DNA from: Rhodosorus marinus CCMP1338
Taxonomy: Eukaryota > Plantae > Rhodophyta
DNA length: 64,000 nt
Direction of reading: 5' to 3'
Assembly: GCA_029953675.1 (NCBI GenBank)
Contig: JAMWBK010000011.1
Coordinates: forward strand, 1,240,001 to 1,304,000
In this document: positions 49,940 through 62,361 of the stretch, in pieces
Position numbering within the stretch: position 1 is the stretch's first letter
Layout: the number at the start of each line of letters is the position of its first letter
The notes under the pieces: generated by a model
Databases searched by the model: none
Told to the model about the DNA's origin: nothing
What the model saw: only the letters and a program-made list of their open reading frames with translations
Made by a program: the position numbers and the translations under genes

Positions 49940-50742
49940 CAAGCTCAGCAAGGCTGCCACCACCTGAAAAATTAAGCACCTTATCCTTATGACAACAAGG
50001 ATGCTCATCCCGAATGAAACCCACTATCCATCTTCGGAACTTTGGAAAAAAGGTTTGACAAAAGAACCGAAACACAAATTTCCTGACAGTATCTAAAAAT
50101 AGAGAACATTTTTAATTGCACCTGTCCTTGAATTGAATTTAAATGTGAAGGGCGAAAGCTGAAGCTAAGAATAGCACTCCTGGGAGAACGACGAAATTAG
50201 CTTGGCGCATGTGTACGTTGGCTTCAGTCAGTAGCATTCCTTGGTAAGGAGGCTCCCAGCTTTGTTTGCGCAGGTAGCGCTGATGTTGGGACGAGCTGCA
50301 TAACGAAATTACATGCATAGGTTGCGATTGCCCATAGGGCGGTGGTTACGCCGTTGTCTGTGTCCTCCATATCAAGCGATATATTTGGTACCAATCTGGG
50401 CGCGGCTTGATTTTAGCATTGGCTCTGATGTTTCAGGTCACTTGCTGCTCGACAACAGTGTATCGGCCGCGTAAATATGACAAATTTCTTGTTGTTGTTG
50501 AGTTTTACCACAACAAGTGTCATCATCAAGGTATCCGTGTCAGCTTGTGGGTGCTTTCTTGCTGTTGTTGCGGACTACTTAAGGAAGTAGTCTTAAGGAA
50601 GTGAAGCAAGGCGATCTTGGGTTTAACCCAGGAATACAGTTACTACGAAAACTATTAAGGATCAAACCAGAAGTAGTTCACAAATTGAGAAGTGTATTGA
50701 AATCGATTGACTTACCCTTTTACAGTTCAAAAAGCAGAAAGG

Positions 50743-51111
50743 ATGGCAACTCTTGCAGATTCAATGGTTTCGGTGAACGGCTACTTCCGAGCAAAGGAGG
50801 GAAAGAAGATCGAATCCGAGAATAAGATTCAAACGTTCCTCAACGAGGGAAAGGAACATCCGTATTTAAAGTCCTACACTTTTGCCCGTCGCGCTGATGG
50901 TGTGGTGCATTGGACTGAGAGAGCTGAAAGTGCGGAGGAGTACCTTGCTCATCTAGAGACCATTGCGGGTCATATTGATGAGATTGCCGATATCCAAGAC
51001 ATAGAGCGCATTGAAGTAGCTGGACCCGCGTCGGAGATTGAGAAGCTCAAGACAAGCAAATATTTGACTGGTGCCGTCTACTACGAAACTCAAGAGGGCT
51101 GGAACAGGTGA
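50743..51111 (+). CDS. ABM/quinol-monooxygenase-like dimeric alpha-beta barrel protein (copy 2)
   Basis: Intronless, 122 aa. SVNGYFRAKEG...YLAHLETIA...RIEVAGPASEIEKLK resembles, from recall, a bacterial YF.V..G...LAHL....LEVHGP.EL.KL family. Confidence 0.75.
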   Translation: MATLADSMVSVNGYFRAKEGKKIESENKIQTFLNEGKEHPYLKSYTFARRADGVVHWTERAESAEEYLAHLETIAGHIDEIADIQDIERIEVAGPASEIEKLKTSKYLTGAVYYETQEGWNR

Positions 51112-52029
51112 TCGTTTTCTTGAGTTATTGTATCGTGCTTTGCCGACCAATGCGGAAAGGTGCTTGACGCTTTAGTAGTTTAGAAATCACTTGTCAGCCG
51201 GGGGGCTCTCTCCAATATCCTAATAAAAACATCCTTATTTGGCAAAATGTGTGACTACCATCGTCTGTTAAAAGCATTTGTCAAAAAAGAAATATCGACA
51301 CACAGTCCGCTGAATAGTACAGCGATCGGGACTTCCTCTACTTCCTTTTGATAGATAGCAAGGGTCGACTAGGATCAACTGTTTTTCTTGCCAACCTTTC
51401 TATAAGACGTACAATCAGGTGTCCAGGTCAGCAACTAAGCTTTTTTTGGGAGCATAATCCATTCTGAGGAACGTGAGAGTCCGGCCTGCACCGTAAGTTT
51501 TCAGAACCCGATAACCAGTGGGGCCTGAGTGGTAAGCTGTAGCTGTTCTTACAGGTCATGACTACGCCGTTTTAGAGTCTGATCAATGTTTACTTTCGAA
51601 GATCGGCTTTCTCAACGTCCATCTGCAGTTGGATCCATAGAAATCCTGCAGTCGCCAGTGCCGCATGATTACCACATGATTACCACATGACTGAGAATCG
51701 AATTTGACTTTTGACATACCGCTTTCAATTTCTCACAAGCCTTTTCCAGTAGGGGTACAAGGCTGTGATTCTCGTGAATAATGATGTAGACCAATCTCTA
51801 TTCCTTCCCTTGTGGACCCGTAAAGTGGAGCGGGAAGCGACAATGATCGCTTCCGTGTCACGCGTTCCCTTCCTGATCACATTTCCATATACGAAGTTTC
51901 CAATCATGTCTTAGGGTTTGAAGAGTTTTCTTTTAGTAGTATACTTGGTGAACCTAGCAGGACTAGGATAGCGCTTGGGGCTGAGTTACATGCGCTGCTC
52001 AACAACATGAATCAACGATCACCTCCTAT

Positions 52030-52413
52030 AGCCCTCCATATCAGTTACGGAGTAGAGGGTACCAAGATCCCTCAAAATTTCGTAGCCTTGAGTTGCTCAA
52101 TTTCCGATTCCGGTGCTACCACCTCGGTGCGCCCATGGGTTTCCACATAAAACGTCTTTGCAATGATATACGAGATCGTCTCAAGATGAGCGATGTAGTC
52201 TTCCGCATTTTCAGTTCTGTCATTCCATTGTAGCAGACCATCGTCGCGAACGGCGCAACGGTGGAACTTCACATAGGAGTGTGTCTTAGTCTCAATAAAT
52301 AAATTTTATGGAGAGTTGTCGCTTCGCGCTCCATTGCTTTCATACGTGAACTCTCGCTGGGGCTCCGGCGCTTGGCCATTCACTGAAAATATCGAATCTG
52401 TCGCAATCGCCAT
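52030..52413 (-). pseudogene. ABM-like pseudogene (copy 3)
   Basis: MAIATDSIFSVNG, then a frameshift/insertion, then YVKFHR...YIAHLETIS...EVVAPESEIEQLK with an early stop. Confidence 0.8.
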
Positions 52414-54229
52414 CTGCTTTCTGAACTGTTAAAAAACTGCTCCTCAATATATCCATCTCTCAAGTTTCTTGTGATCTGCTTCGGCCGTCTTGGTAGTCAC
52501 TGCTCCTGCCAACAGAAGACCGTCGAGCTGCAGCCCAGAGGTACTCTACGACCACCCCGCCCGGAACAACGCCATGACGGACAGACACTTGCTCGTACCC
52601 AGTACCAGACCGAGCACGCTCTACCTCGATGGTGCTCCCAGTCAGCCACGAATCCTTTCGTGTGCGTCGCACCTGCCTCAGCTCGAAAAGAGCTTAACCC
52701 CCGATAGCTTCGGCACTTTACCGATTGCCAAAAACAAAGACCTCATCCGCCCCTGCCATTGCGGACAATCATAGCAAAAGCTTGTATTGCCTTCGTACAG
52801 CTCGATCGTGACGGACCGGATTGGGCAAAACTAGAATACAAAAGATATTCCCAAGAGAGAAGCTGAGTGTGTACACCGGTTAGAGACCTGAGTACAGACA
52901 AACCTGAATGGATAAGGAGCGATTGACGTGGTCCCTACTGTCGAACTTTCCAAAATAAGAAAATATGAACCCCAGACAAATATTTGTCTTTTCTTGAAAA
53001 CAAAAATCACTAGCCATAGAACTGGTATAAAAAAAATTTAGATTCTCTATACCAATCGGACAGTTTGACCATCGGACACTTCAGAGCTCCTTTTCCTTCG
53101 GCGAAGGGGGTTTTACGTGTGTTACACGGTTTTTGTTTAGGAGCGTCTTGTGAGCGTTGTCCCTGGATTCTTCGGAGGGGAAGATGGCTCTCTAATTTGC
53201 CCGGTCGTTTGGGGTTTGAATTAAACATAAAACTGAACGGTTTGGCATATTCGGTTTGTTGATATTAGAACCATTCTTTGGGTCTGAGCTTGACCTAGCA
53301 CGGACCTGAGTGTGGGAATCGTCCTTGAAAAACAAAAAGTACTAGTAGCTATAAAAAGGTCCTGACTCGAAAATCCTCTTGAACGCAGGCTCTCCGTGTC
53401 AGCGTAGATCAGTTTGATAAATGCCATAAGCGGTCTTTGCACCAAGGATCGCGTCCGCCAGAATTAAGATACCTCCAATCCTTCAAATTTCTCATCTTTC
53501 GACGCTTCTAACCTCCAGTGCGTTCAAACGTTGCAACGTCCAAATTAAAATCCCCCGTAGGCTCTGGATGGAACGTACAGTCTCCAAGTCTCTCGTTTCT
53601 CGCATTCCAATGTGGGAAACCGTCGGTTGGAAAAATAGAAGTTAACCGATGGATTCCCCTCGCCCTCGTTGATAACAACCACCATGGATGTTGTAAAACA
53701 CTCACGCAACCTGCGCAAGTCCATGCTGGATCTATTCCTGTACCTGATAACTTCTCTTTGCCCCCACAGAAAAGTTTTCTTGATTTTGGTAAGTTTCTAA
53801 ATGCGAACCAGTATGATGAATTTCGTTAATCCTTTTTTAATGAATTCAAGTCGAGCAGCGGATCTATGCATTTCGCAGGTGATCGCCACTCTCGCAGTGT
53901 ATTTTCATATATTGATTTTGCGCTACTCGGTCTCTACTATTTTCGTGGTTCTCAACGAGACCACCTGTGGCTTGGTACCTAGTTTTTACAATGGGGCACC
54001 CTTGAGGTTTTAGCGCTTGAACCATTTGTGAGAAATGCCATCCTCGTGGGTCTCCTACCCACGAGGATCTAACTGTCTGTTTGTGTCCCCTTCTTCTGGG
54101 ATACATCAAATAGAGGTGCAATGAGGCAGATTGCTGAAGGATCCACACCACTGCGCGCGGGTATTCTTATTTTGATCAACAGCACCAAGATGTGGTAAGT
54201 AGATCTTAGCTTAAAAGAGTACTTCAGTG

Positions 54230-54751
54230 TTAATGTCGGTTGATCCTGCGGCAGAAGGTGACCTCATCGTAATAAGATGTATCTGGGTATGGAACTAAAA
54301 CAATGCTATGGCTGCTGCAATATCTGCAACCTCCGCGGTATGTTCGACCCATGACCACCACCGAACTCGTTTTCCGCTTATTCCCCTCTCCTTGAACTAC
54401 AAAGTAATGGGCACCCATATCATTTAAATCATTGTTGTCTTTGAGCTTCTGAATTTCCTGCGCAGACGCCGAAACTTCGATCCTCTCGTACATTTCCACG
54501 TTGAATATCTTTGCAATGAGCTCCGATATCGTCTCCAGATGAGCTATACAGTCCTCGGCAGTTTTAGTTCTATCGTTCCATGCTACCACACCATCATCGT
54601 AGGTAACCGAAAAACCGTGGAATTTCACAAACGGCTGTTTCTTGATCTCTCGGAGGAAGCTGTTAATGAGAGTCTTAGCTTCGCTCTTCTTTACATCTTT
54701 CATTCGGAAGTAGCCATTCATCGAAACCATTGAGTCTGCAGTAGACGCCAT
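54230..54751 (-). CDS. ABM-like barrel protein (copy 4), extended C-terminus
   Basis: MASTADSMVSMNGYFRMKD...CIAHLETISE...RIEVSA. The tail is in a different frame from copy 5. Confidence 0.7.
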   Translation of the reverse strand: MASTADSMVSMNGYFRMKDVKKSEAKTLINSFLREIKKQPFVKFHGFSVTYDDGVVAWNDRTKTAEDCIAHLETISELIAKIFNVEMYERIEVSASAQEIQKLKDNNDLNDMGAHYFVVQGEGNKRKTSSVVVMGRTYRGGCRYCSSHSIVLVPYPDTSYYDEVTFCRRINRH

Positions 54752-56955
54752 CTTCTCTACTTTCTGAACCGTAAAAATCTGCAGGCCGATCCCAACACAA
54801 TTAACCCCACACACTGTCAATCCCTCAAGTCTCCTTGACCTTCGCCCTGATCTTCAGGCTGCTTTTGACAGCTTGAGACTGTCCACCTTAACCCCTTAAG
54901 TACTCTACCACCTTTCCACTTGGCTCCATAGGCGAACAACAAGAAATCACGGCCCTGGCGCAAGGCTTGGAATGTATTGGTGGCGCTCATCACCGTCAAA
55001 CAAAATTCGTTCATCACCAGTCTGCAAAGCGCTAGTAAACGTCCACATTCTCCAGTAAACGTCTGCCTCCGCTGAAACTGATAGCAGATATATTTTTAGT
55101 GTATTTCAAGACCAAGGAAAAGGACGACCTTTCCTGATTGGACAATGATCGTCAAGCTTTGCCTTGGTAGCGCCCGTCTATTAATAAACCCTCTCTCGGA
55201 AAGATAGCGGACAAGCGCTTTGGGCCATTGCGACAATCAGTTGGTCTGAGCTCCCACAATACCCGGATTGAGAACTGGTTTGATTGCCTGAAACCCGATT
55301 CTGAAGGCTTCCAAAAAAGGAATCATGTTCCCGCTCAATAATCTACAGAAAAAACCTTTGAGTAGGTCACGCTCCAACCAGAAAGGCTGCACGATCGCCG
55401 CGGCGGCTTTTGGTGAACGTTGCGCAATCAAATAAGAATGTATCCAGCTAGGTTTCATTCATATCAAGTTTTCGGTTTGAATTCAATCTAGTTTTCATGT
55501 TTCCCCAACCCGATTCCTTAACATCAGATCCAATAACAAGGTTCGAGCTTGACGCTTAGTTTTGGACTCTGATTAGGCCTATGCAGGTTGAATTACCTTC
55601 AACGCGAGCATTCGTAGTACGGTGCAATCTATGCTGCTCTGTATGGAACCCGGAGAAGGACTCGCTCAAGGTTTCTCGTTCACGGCCCGTGCGAGAGATA
55701 GCTAGGTCCGAACCTCCGATACGAGTTGGCAATGGACAAAAACCAGCATTCCCTAAATACTTCAGTTTTCTTCTTCTATTCAGTTTCTCAAGTTGTGACG
55801 CTTCTCAGCTCCTTCAGCGCGGTCAAACGTGGCAACGGCAACTACAATCCGCTTTGGACACCGGCTGGAGAGGTCAGTTCTCCGGACAGTCAACTATTTG
55901 ACGTCCATTTTACAAGCGTGCTGCTACAGTTGGACCCGGCAGAACTTGACGCTTGGATTCTCGTCTCATCCACAATGCCCTTGGATGTTGTAAAACATAC
56001 AAAGTATACGATTCCGTGCGAAATCTATTCCTCTACCGAGTGCTGTTCAAAAATGCGGCTTCTACGATGATACCAACCCTCGATCTTGCTAACCAGGCGA
56101 AAGAATTCCCCTTTATTCCCCGTCCTTATCCATTGCGCGCTATGGACTATGCATTGGAAAATAAGGGCCACCCTGCGTGAGGACCGGTTTTGAAGGGGGG
56201 GAAATGAATGATTGGCAAATAAGCAAAATTTTATCGTTTATTCATTGGATGAACGCAAAACGAATAGACAGTACAACTTAGTATTTTATGACTATGAGTA
56301 TCTGTGTATACGCAGATTCTTTATATTAGTACCAATAACGCGGATTTTGAATTCTTAAGGGATTATGACTGCTAAATCTGGACACTAAACCTCTTCTGTT
56401 GGTCATAGAGCTTGCATGTATTTTTGTTGAGTACTTCAATATATTCTGGAGTGGAACACGCAACAGATTTCAAGTTCAGAAGAGGAAATGCTGCATGCGT
56501 CAACCCCATAAAGCTTTTTCAATCGAAGGAAGGCTCTGCTGAACTCTTTGTTTCAGCTCTTCCTATACGAAAGTGATCCGAAGCTTTTGACAATTCAAAC
56601 GAAAAAGCGAAGGAGTTATGATTTCCGTAAATACTCTCAAGTACGAGAAACGAACTCCAGAAGCTTGTCCATCCACAAAGACTTGATGTTGGCAAACTAG
56701 GACAGACTGCTCAAGTATCCGCCGCTTCTGTTTTCGCACTCTCCCCGTTTTTCCCCTCTTCTAAAAGTCAAAGTAGAGCTGCAAGGAGGCCGATGGTTTT
56801 AGGATTTACACCACTGCGTGCGAATATTCCCAATTTTTGTCAATGGTACCAGGAAGAGGTAAGCAGATCTTTGCTTGAGAAATCCGCTTTCGCGGCAAGG
56901 TCGACCTTGCGGCAGAAGATGACTTCACAGTAGTAAGACATCTCTCATCATGCAA

Positions 56956-57402
56956 CTAAATAAACGCTGCAATATCTGCAATCTCTCCAATCCACGACAA
57001 CCACTCAAGCAGTCTTCCTTTGCGTCTCCTGCCCTCTCCTTGAACTACGAAGTAGTGCACACCAACATCGCTTAAGGCTTTGTTTCCCTTGAGTATCTCA
57101 AATTCCGGCGCATGCGCCGACACTTCGGTCCTCTCATGGCTTTCCACGTTGAACGTCTTTGCAATGATTTCCGACAGAGCCTCCAGGTGAGCTATGCAGT
57201 CGTTAGCAGTTTTAGTTCTATCACTCCATGCGACCAGACCGTCATCGCATGTAATTGAAAAACGGCGAAACTTCACATTGGGGTGTTTCTTGATCTCATG
57301 GAGGAAGCTGTTAATGAGAGTTTTAGCTTCCCCCTTCTCTCCATCCTTCAGTCTGAAGTAGCCATTCATCGAAACCATCGAGTCTGTTGCAGCCCTCACC
57401 AT
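56956..57402 (-). CDS. ABM-like barrel protein (copy 5)
   Basis: MVRAATDSMVSMNGYFRLKDG...CIAHLEALSE...RTEVSAH; closest to copy 4. Confidence 0.72.
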   Translation of the reverse strand: MVRAATDSMVSMNGYFRLKDGEKGEAKTLINSFLHEIKKHPNVKFRRFSITCDDGLVAWSDRTKTANDCIAHLEALSEIIAKTFNVESHERTEVSAHAPEFEILKGNKALSDVGVHYFVVQGEGRRRKGRLLEWLSWIGEIADIAAFI

Positions 57403-58662
57403 GTCTTCTTTCTGGCACGTAAACTTAAATCTTTCGAGTCTCTTCTTGACCTACTTTGATTGCCTTGACCGTAACTGCTCTGGGCAGCTTTGGACTGTCC
57501 GGTTTCAACCCTAAGTAGTCTTCCGCCTCTCCGCTTGGCTCCATAACCGAAAAGCAAGAAATCGAGAGACGGACACCTAGTTGTATGCAGGAGCAAACCA
57601 AATACTTAGGATAGCTCGGTAACGCACATCATCAGTCTGCAAAAGCGCTAGTACACGTCCCTCCTGCCTCCGCCCAAACTGATCACGGCCCGGACTGTTT
57701 TTAATGCATTTCAAGTCCGGGGAACAGGACACCGACGACATTTCCTTTGTTAGTGATAGTCAAAGCGTTGTCTTGGCTCCCCTCCATCAACAAACCTGTC
57801 TCGGAAAGATATCTAAACTTTTGATCCGCCGCGCCACGCGGATGGTCTGAGCCGCGGCAATACCCCAAATGAGAGAATATTGACTACCTGCAGCTTGACT
57901 TTGAAACTCACTCAAAATTGAACCGCCTTCCCTCGCTAGCGTCAGGGGAAATAAGTTTGTATTCGTCAACCCCTCAACCAGAAAAGCTTCACGATCGCCG
58001 CTGGCCCGACTTGCTCGAGCTTTGCACCATCTCCGAATACTAAAAACAGTCATCTATTGAATAAGAACGTACCACTTAAACAAGGAAGACGGATCTTATC
58101 CGAATCAAATTTTCAGCAATTTATTATCGACATGTTGCCCAATTTGGTACGTCAGATTCTGAATTTGACAACTATTTTTAGACTTTGCCCAGACCAATGC
58201 AGGTTTAACTTCCAGTCGACCACGACTCGCCCAAGTCCGTTTCTTGCTCTTGGACACTACAAGAACTCAAGTTCAGATCCTTCCGATGAGAGCTAGCAGT
58301 GCCACTGTCAGGAGGGTGGAGCGGTTTCTTGAATATACAACAATATATATAGGGGCTAGTAGACAAAATACTACTCAATTTAATCTTTTTCGTCTATCCA
58401 ATGAATAGCCGTGAATTCCCCTTTTAGCCAATCATTTAATTGCCAAAGCAACCAAATCCAAACCGGTCCTAGGCGTGCTTTTATTTCTTTATAGTCGATG
58501 GGACTGGGAGCAAACCAGGAAACTAACCTCCCGATTCCAGGAACTTTTTATACTGTACTGAGCGTCGGGAAAGGGGAATATTTCGCACTGTATTCCACGG
58601 CCAAAGTTTTGTGGGGAAATACATTCCCCACTCAACCTATTTGCTGTGCTGTTCAATCAACC

Positions 58663-58701
58663 ATATGATTTACTGAGGTACCCTACCTCAGTAAATCATA
58701 T
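58663..58701. repeat. Perfect 18-bp inverted repeat with 3-nt loop
   Basis: atatgatttactgaggta-ccc-tacctcagtaaatcatat. Confidence 0.95.
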
Positions 58702-59192
58702 CTCAGGGTGTTTATGGGGTTGTGCCGGGTGGGTCGGGTTTTTCGCTGTTTACGACCCCCTCCCCCTCGGCTAAACCCATCTGTTTTCGCGGGTTTAAGC
58801 ACTTCTGGGATATATACATATATAGGGTTGGTTCAAGAGCGCCCGGTTTTGGATAATTCCTGCTCCCTAAGTGGGGAAATGAAGAAAAGTGGGTACTGCT
58901 GCAGGTTTAGTGCGAATATGGTGGAGAATAGGGGTGGATTCCAGGGCGTCCGTTCAACATTTGGCTGGGTAAGAAGTGAATTTTAATGGTTATCCCGGGG
59001 TTTTAGCCGGGAATGGGAAAAATGCACCTCTACCATTCATGCTCCATGAAAGAAGATTCAAACGGGTAAACAACAACGAGACGGCTTCGCTTGTGGAGGC
59101 CAATAGCGTTATATTGCAAAGTCCATGTCTCTACAAAAAGTATATAAAAGGGGTTTTATACAAGAGCCACACCCGTACTGGTGTACCAGCTC

Positions 59193-59882
59193 TTATGCCA
59201 TCTTCGTAATTTTGACAGTTCCAACCGGGATGCCGTCGAATCGGCTGCCCAGGATGGAAACAATCGGGTTTCTTGGCCTCTGCCTCTCGTCCTCAGAGAG
59301 GAAGTCCTCTCCAGCGTCCGTACCAGCATCCCATACGCTGAGGTTCTGCTCGTAGTACTCCAAGAACTCGCCGTTCTCGACGTCGCACAGGTTGACGTTG
59401 TCGAAGCCGGTGAACCAGTCGGGACTCGGTACGAGCATGCTGATTCCAGATACGTACGGACGACGACCTTGGACATCGATGTACAGCTCGACGGTCTCCG
59501 ATCCGTCCTCGGTCTCGTCCTCGGTCATATTACGGTCGAAAACGTTGCGGAAGTTTCGAGCACGAAGTTCGTTGATAAGAGTGTAGGGGTGTCCAAGCTC
59601 GGCAATCTCCTGAACTCCCTTTGTGGAGTAGCCCATTGGTGTCCAGATGGTGTATCCCTTTCCATGGGATGCAATGACGGTCGGGGAGAACCTTCCGTTA
59701 GTAGGATAGGCGTTGGGGTGGGTCCTTCCGGTCCAGAGGTAGTCGACTTGGACCTTGTAAGTTGCACGTCCACTGCAGGGGAAGTTGAACATTCTCTCTG
59801 CATCATTCAACTTAACGGGAGCGTCAAACGCGCTCACTGCCAGCATCGCTGCTGAGACTATCATCAACATCTTCGCGGCCAT
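59193..59882 (-). CDS. Secreted Spondin_N (F-spondin/mindin N-terminal) domain protein (copy 1)
   Basis: Signal peptide MAAKMLMIVSAAMLAVSA. Motifs C..RATYKV...W...HP..YP...FSP...ASH, SMLVPSPDWFTG, LC and WDAGTD.G. 229 aa, intronless. Confidence 0.9.
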   Translation of the reverse strand: MAAKMLMIVSAAMLAVSAFDAPVKLNDAERMFNFPCSGRATYKVQVDYLWTGRTHPNAYPTNGRFSPTVIASHGKGYTIWTPMGYSTKGVQEIAELGHPYTLINELRARNFRNVFDRNMTEDETEDGSETVELYIDVQGRRPYVSGISMLVPSPDWFTGFDNVNLCDVENGEFLEYYEQNLSVWDAGTDAGEDFLSEDERQRPRNPIVSILGSRFDGIPVGTVKITKMA

Positions 59883-62361
59883 TTTTTTTCGTCTTTCTCG
59901 GTTCACTGCTCGTAGTATATATAGCTCTCAGGTATTCTTGTTCTTCTTACGTTCTTAGAGCGGTTGGCAACGAGAAGGATTTCTTGCGACTGAAGGCCAC
60001 TATTTATAGTCTCCACCAAGGTCAGGCTCAGCCCTCATCTTCAGCGGAGGAGTGAGAATCTGCGCGAAGATAGCTTGATAGATCTACTCCATGCAGTACA
60101 GGCTAGATTAGCACGATTGGACGAGTGTGAGGTTGATGCGTTAGGCGCGGTGAGCTTTTTGCAATACAGATCTAAAATATGAAGCAGTGAATGTCTTTCG
60201 CAATTTTCCATATGTACAAGACAAGTTGCTGACGTTATCGGTACTCTGTGCTTTTTGGTAGAGTCTACTTAACACCGAAAATCTCCGAGATCTCAACCCT
60301 TTTTTTTGCTCAACGGGCCACGTTGAAGAAACGCCTCCTTCAACCCCGAGGAAAAGCTTTTCGCCCTAAATCCGAACATTCGTCGCCGAGAAACTTTTCG
60401 CTTGCCGACATTTACTTCCGTGGCTGAAGCCTGCTACCAATATTTCTCATTTTGAGGTCGAAACTCGTTCGTGCTGTTGCTCCGTGCCGATGCTAATATG
60501 ACGCGGGAGTGGATCTCCTGACGCCATCAGTGGGAGAGGCACGTTCTAGCGCAAAGGATCGAAGCTGGTGACCAAGCTTCGGCGAGACCTTTGCTTTCGG
60601 ATTGGTCGCATAAGACCATCAATCACCCATTCGGGTGATAATCAAGCTTTTGGCGGGGAGCTAGAACTGCAGAGACTCTAGTTCTTGAATTAAAGTTAGG
60701 GTTTTTTGCACTAAACGGGCTTTTAGTGGGGAACCCGAAAACGCACCTGTTTTTTGTGCTTCAAGTGAGGAATGGGTAGGGAAGCGAATTCCTCACAAAA
60801 GTTAGGAATTCGTGCACCGATATGGATGTCAGGGGTTTCTACCCTTGTAGAACACAATTGTTGTCCCATTTCTACTCCTCCCGCTGAATAGTATAATTGC
60901 TACAAATATCGTATATAAACGACAACTTGGTTTTTGCCAAAACAAATAAGACAGGTTTATGGGTATATTTTTATGATACAGTCTCCCAGCATAACTAACT
61001 GATGCGGTTTGGTTTCAGGCGGCAATTTCAATCTCGAGTTTCATTGGCCAGTTTTTTTTGGAGTGGTTGACTAGCCATCTTGCAGGTTTACGTTTTTTCG
61101 TTTAGTTTTAGATTGTACACGTCCCTGGGAAGGGAAGATGTTTACTGAGCCTTCTGCGGGAACTTCGAAGCCACATAGAGGTTGATGCTGGGTTGCCGGG
61201 AAAATATGGGGAGAAATCACTTTCTCCGTGACGCGTAATCTTGTATTCGATCGTCTTTCAGCGTTCTTTCTAGGTGACGATCACCGAAAGACTCTTGGCT
61301 ATTGTATGTGCCGACGTATCTGACAGGCGTCGTCTAAGAAGATATTTTTCAGCTTACAGACAGCGCTGAAATGGTTTTACTGGATATGTGATGAGTCCTT
61401 GCGGACCCACCAAGCTCTTTGTGAATGATTCTCCCGCAGCGTGAAGAGAGGATCATTTCACTTTTTCGCTGTTCCAAGCGCAAGTCGTTTCAGAATAATA
61501 TTCATAAAAGTCGCGGCACCAATGTAGTTCCACCAATCCTCGGGCGACGTACTAAAGGGTTGATTCCGGACCGCTGGCGCCTGCTTCTAAAGGGAGAGGA
61601 GAACCCGATTCGAAAAAAGTTGGAGAAATGCTTTCTGTCGAATGTAGATAACTGCATTTGATTTCTTTTTGAATTGATTTTATTTAGTAAAACCACGAGT
61701 TCCGGTTTTTTTTGCGGTTCCCAGCATAAATCAACCATTACAAAGTCAGCTCCACAATCTTAGACTTCCCACAGATAAAAAGAGAGGCGAAATCTTGTAG
61801 CCCCATTCGCGAAACCACTAGCCGGCAGTGAGCACAAGGTTTCTCTGGGTTCGGAGTGAGACGGAGACGAGTATTCGGATCTACGGCGAAAAGCTTTTCC
61901 TCATGGGTTGAAGGAGGCGTTTCTTCAACGTGGCCCGTTGAGCAAAAGGGCGAGATCGGAGATTTTCGTGCTAAGTAGTCTCTTCCAAAAAAGTGCAGAG
62001 TACCGATAACGTCAGCAACCTGTCTTGTACATATGGAAGATTGCGAAAGACATTCACTGCTTCATATTTTAGATCTGTATTGCAACAAACTCACCGCGCC
62101 TAACGCCTCAACCTCACACTCGTCCAATCGTGCTAATCTAGCCTGTACTGCATGGAGTAGATCTATCAAGCTATCTTCGCGCCGATTCTTACTCCTCCGC
62201 TGAAGATCTGAGGGCTGACCTCGACTTTGGTGGAGACTATAAATAGTGGCCTTCAGTCTCAACAAATCCTTCTCGTTGCCAACCGCTCTAAGAACGTAAG
62301 AAGGACAAGAATACCTGAGAGTTATATACTACGAGCAGTGAACCGAGAACGACGAAAAAAA

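Larger units (their letters stand above)
53500..58030. repeat. Diverged tandem segmental duplication (~53.5-55.4 kb / ~55.8-58.0 kb)
   Basis: Each unit carries an ABM-like gene and shared flanks (tggatgttgtaaaaca; gtaagcagatctt; catcagtctgcaaa.gc.ctagta; ctctcggaaagata). Boundaries are approximate. Confidence 0.7.
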
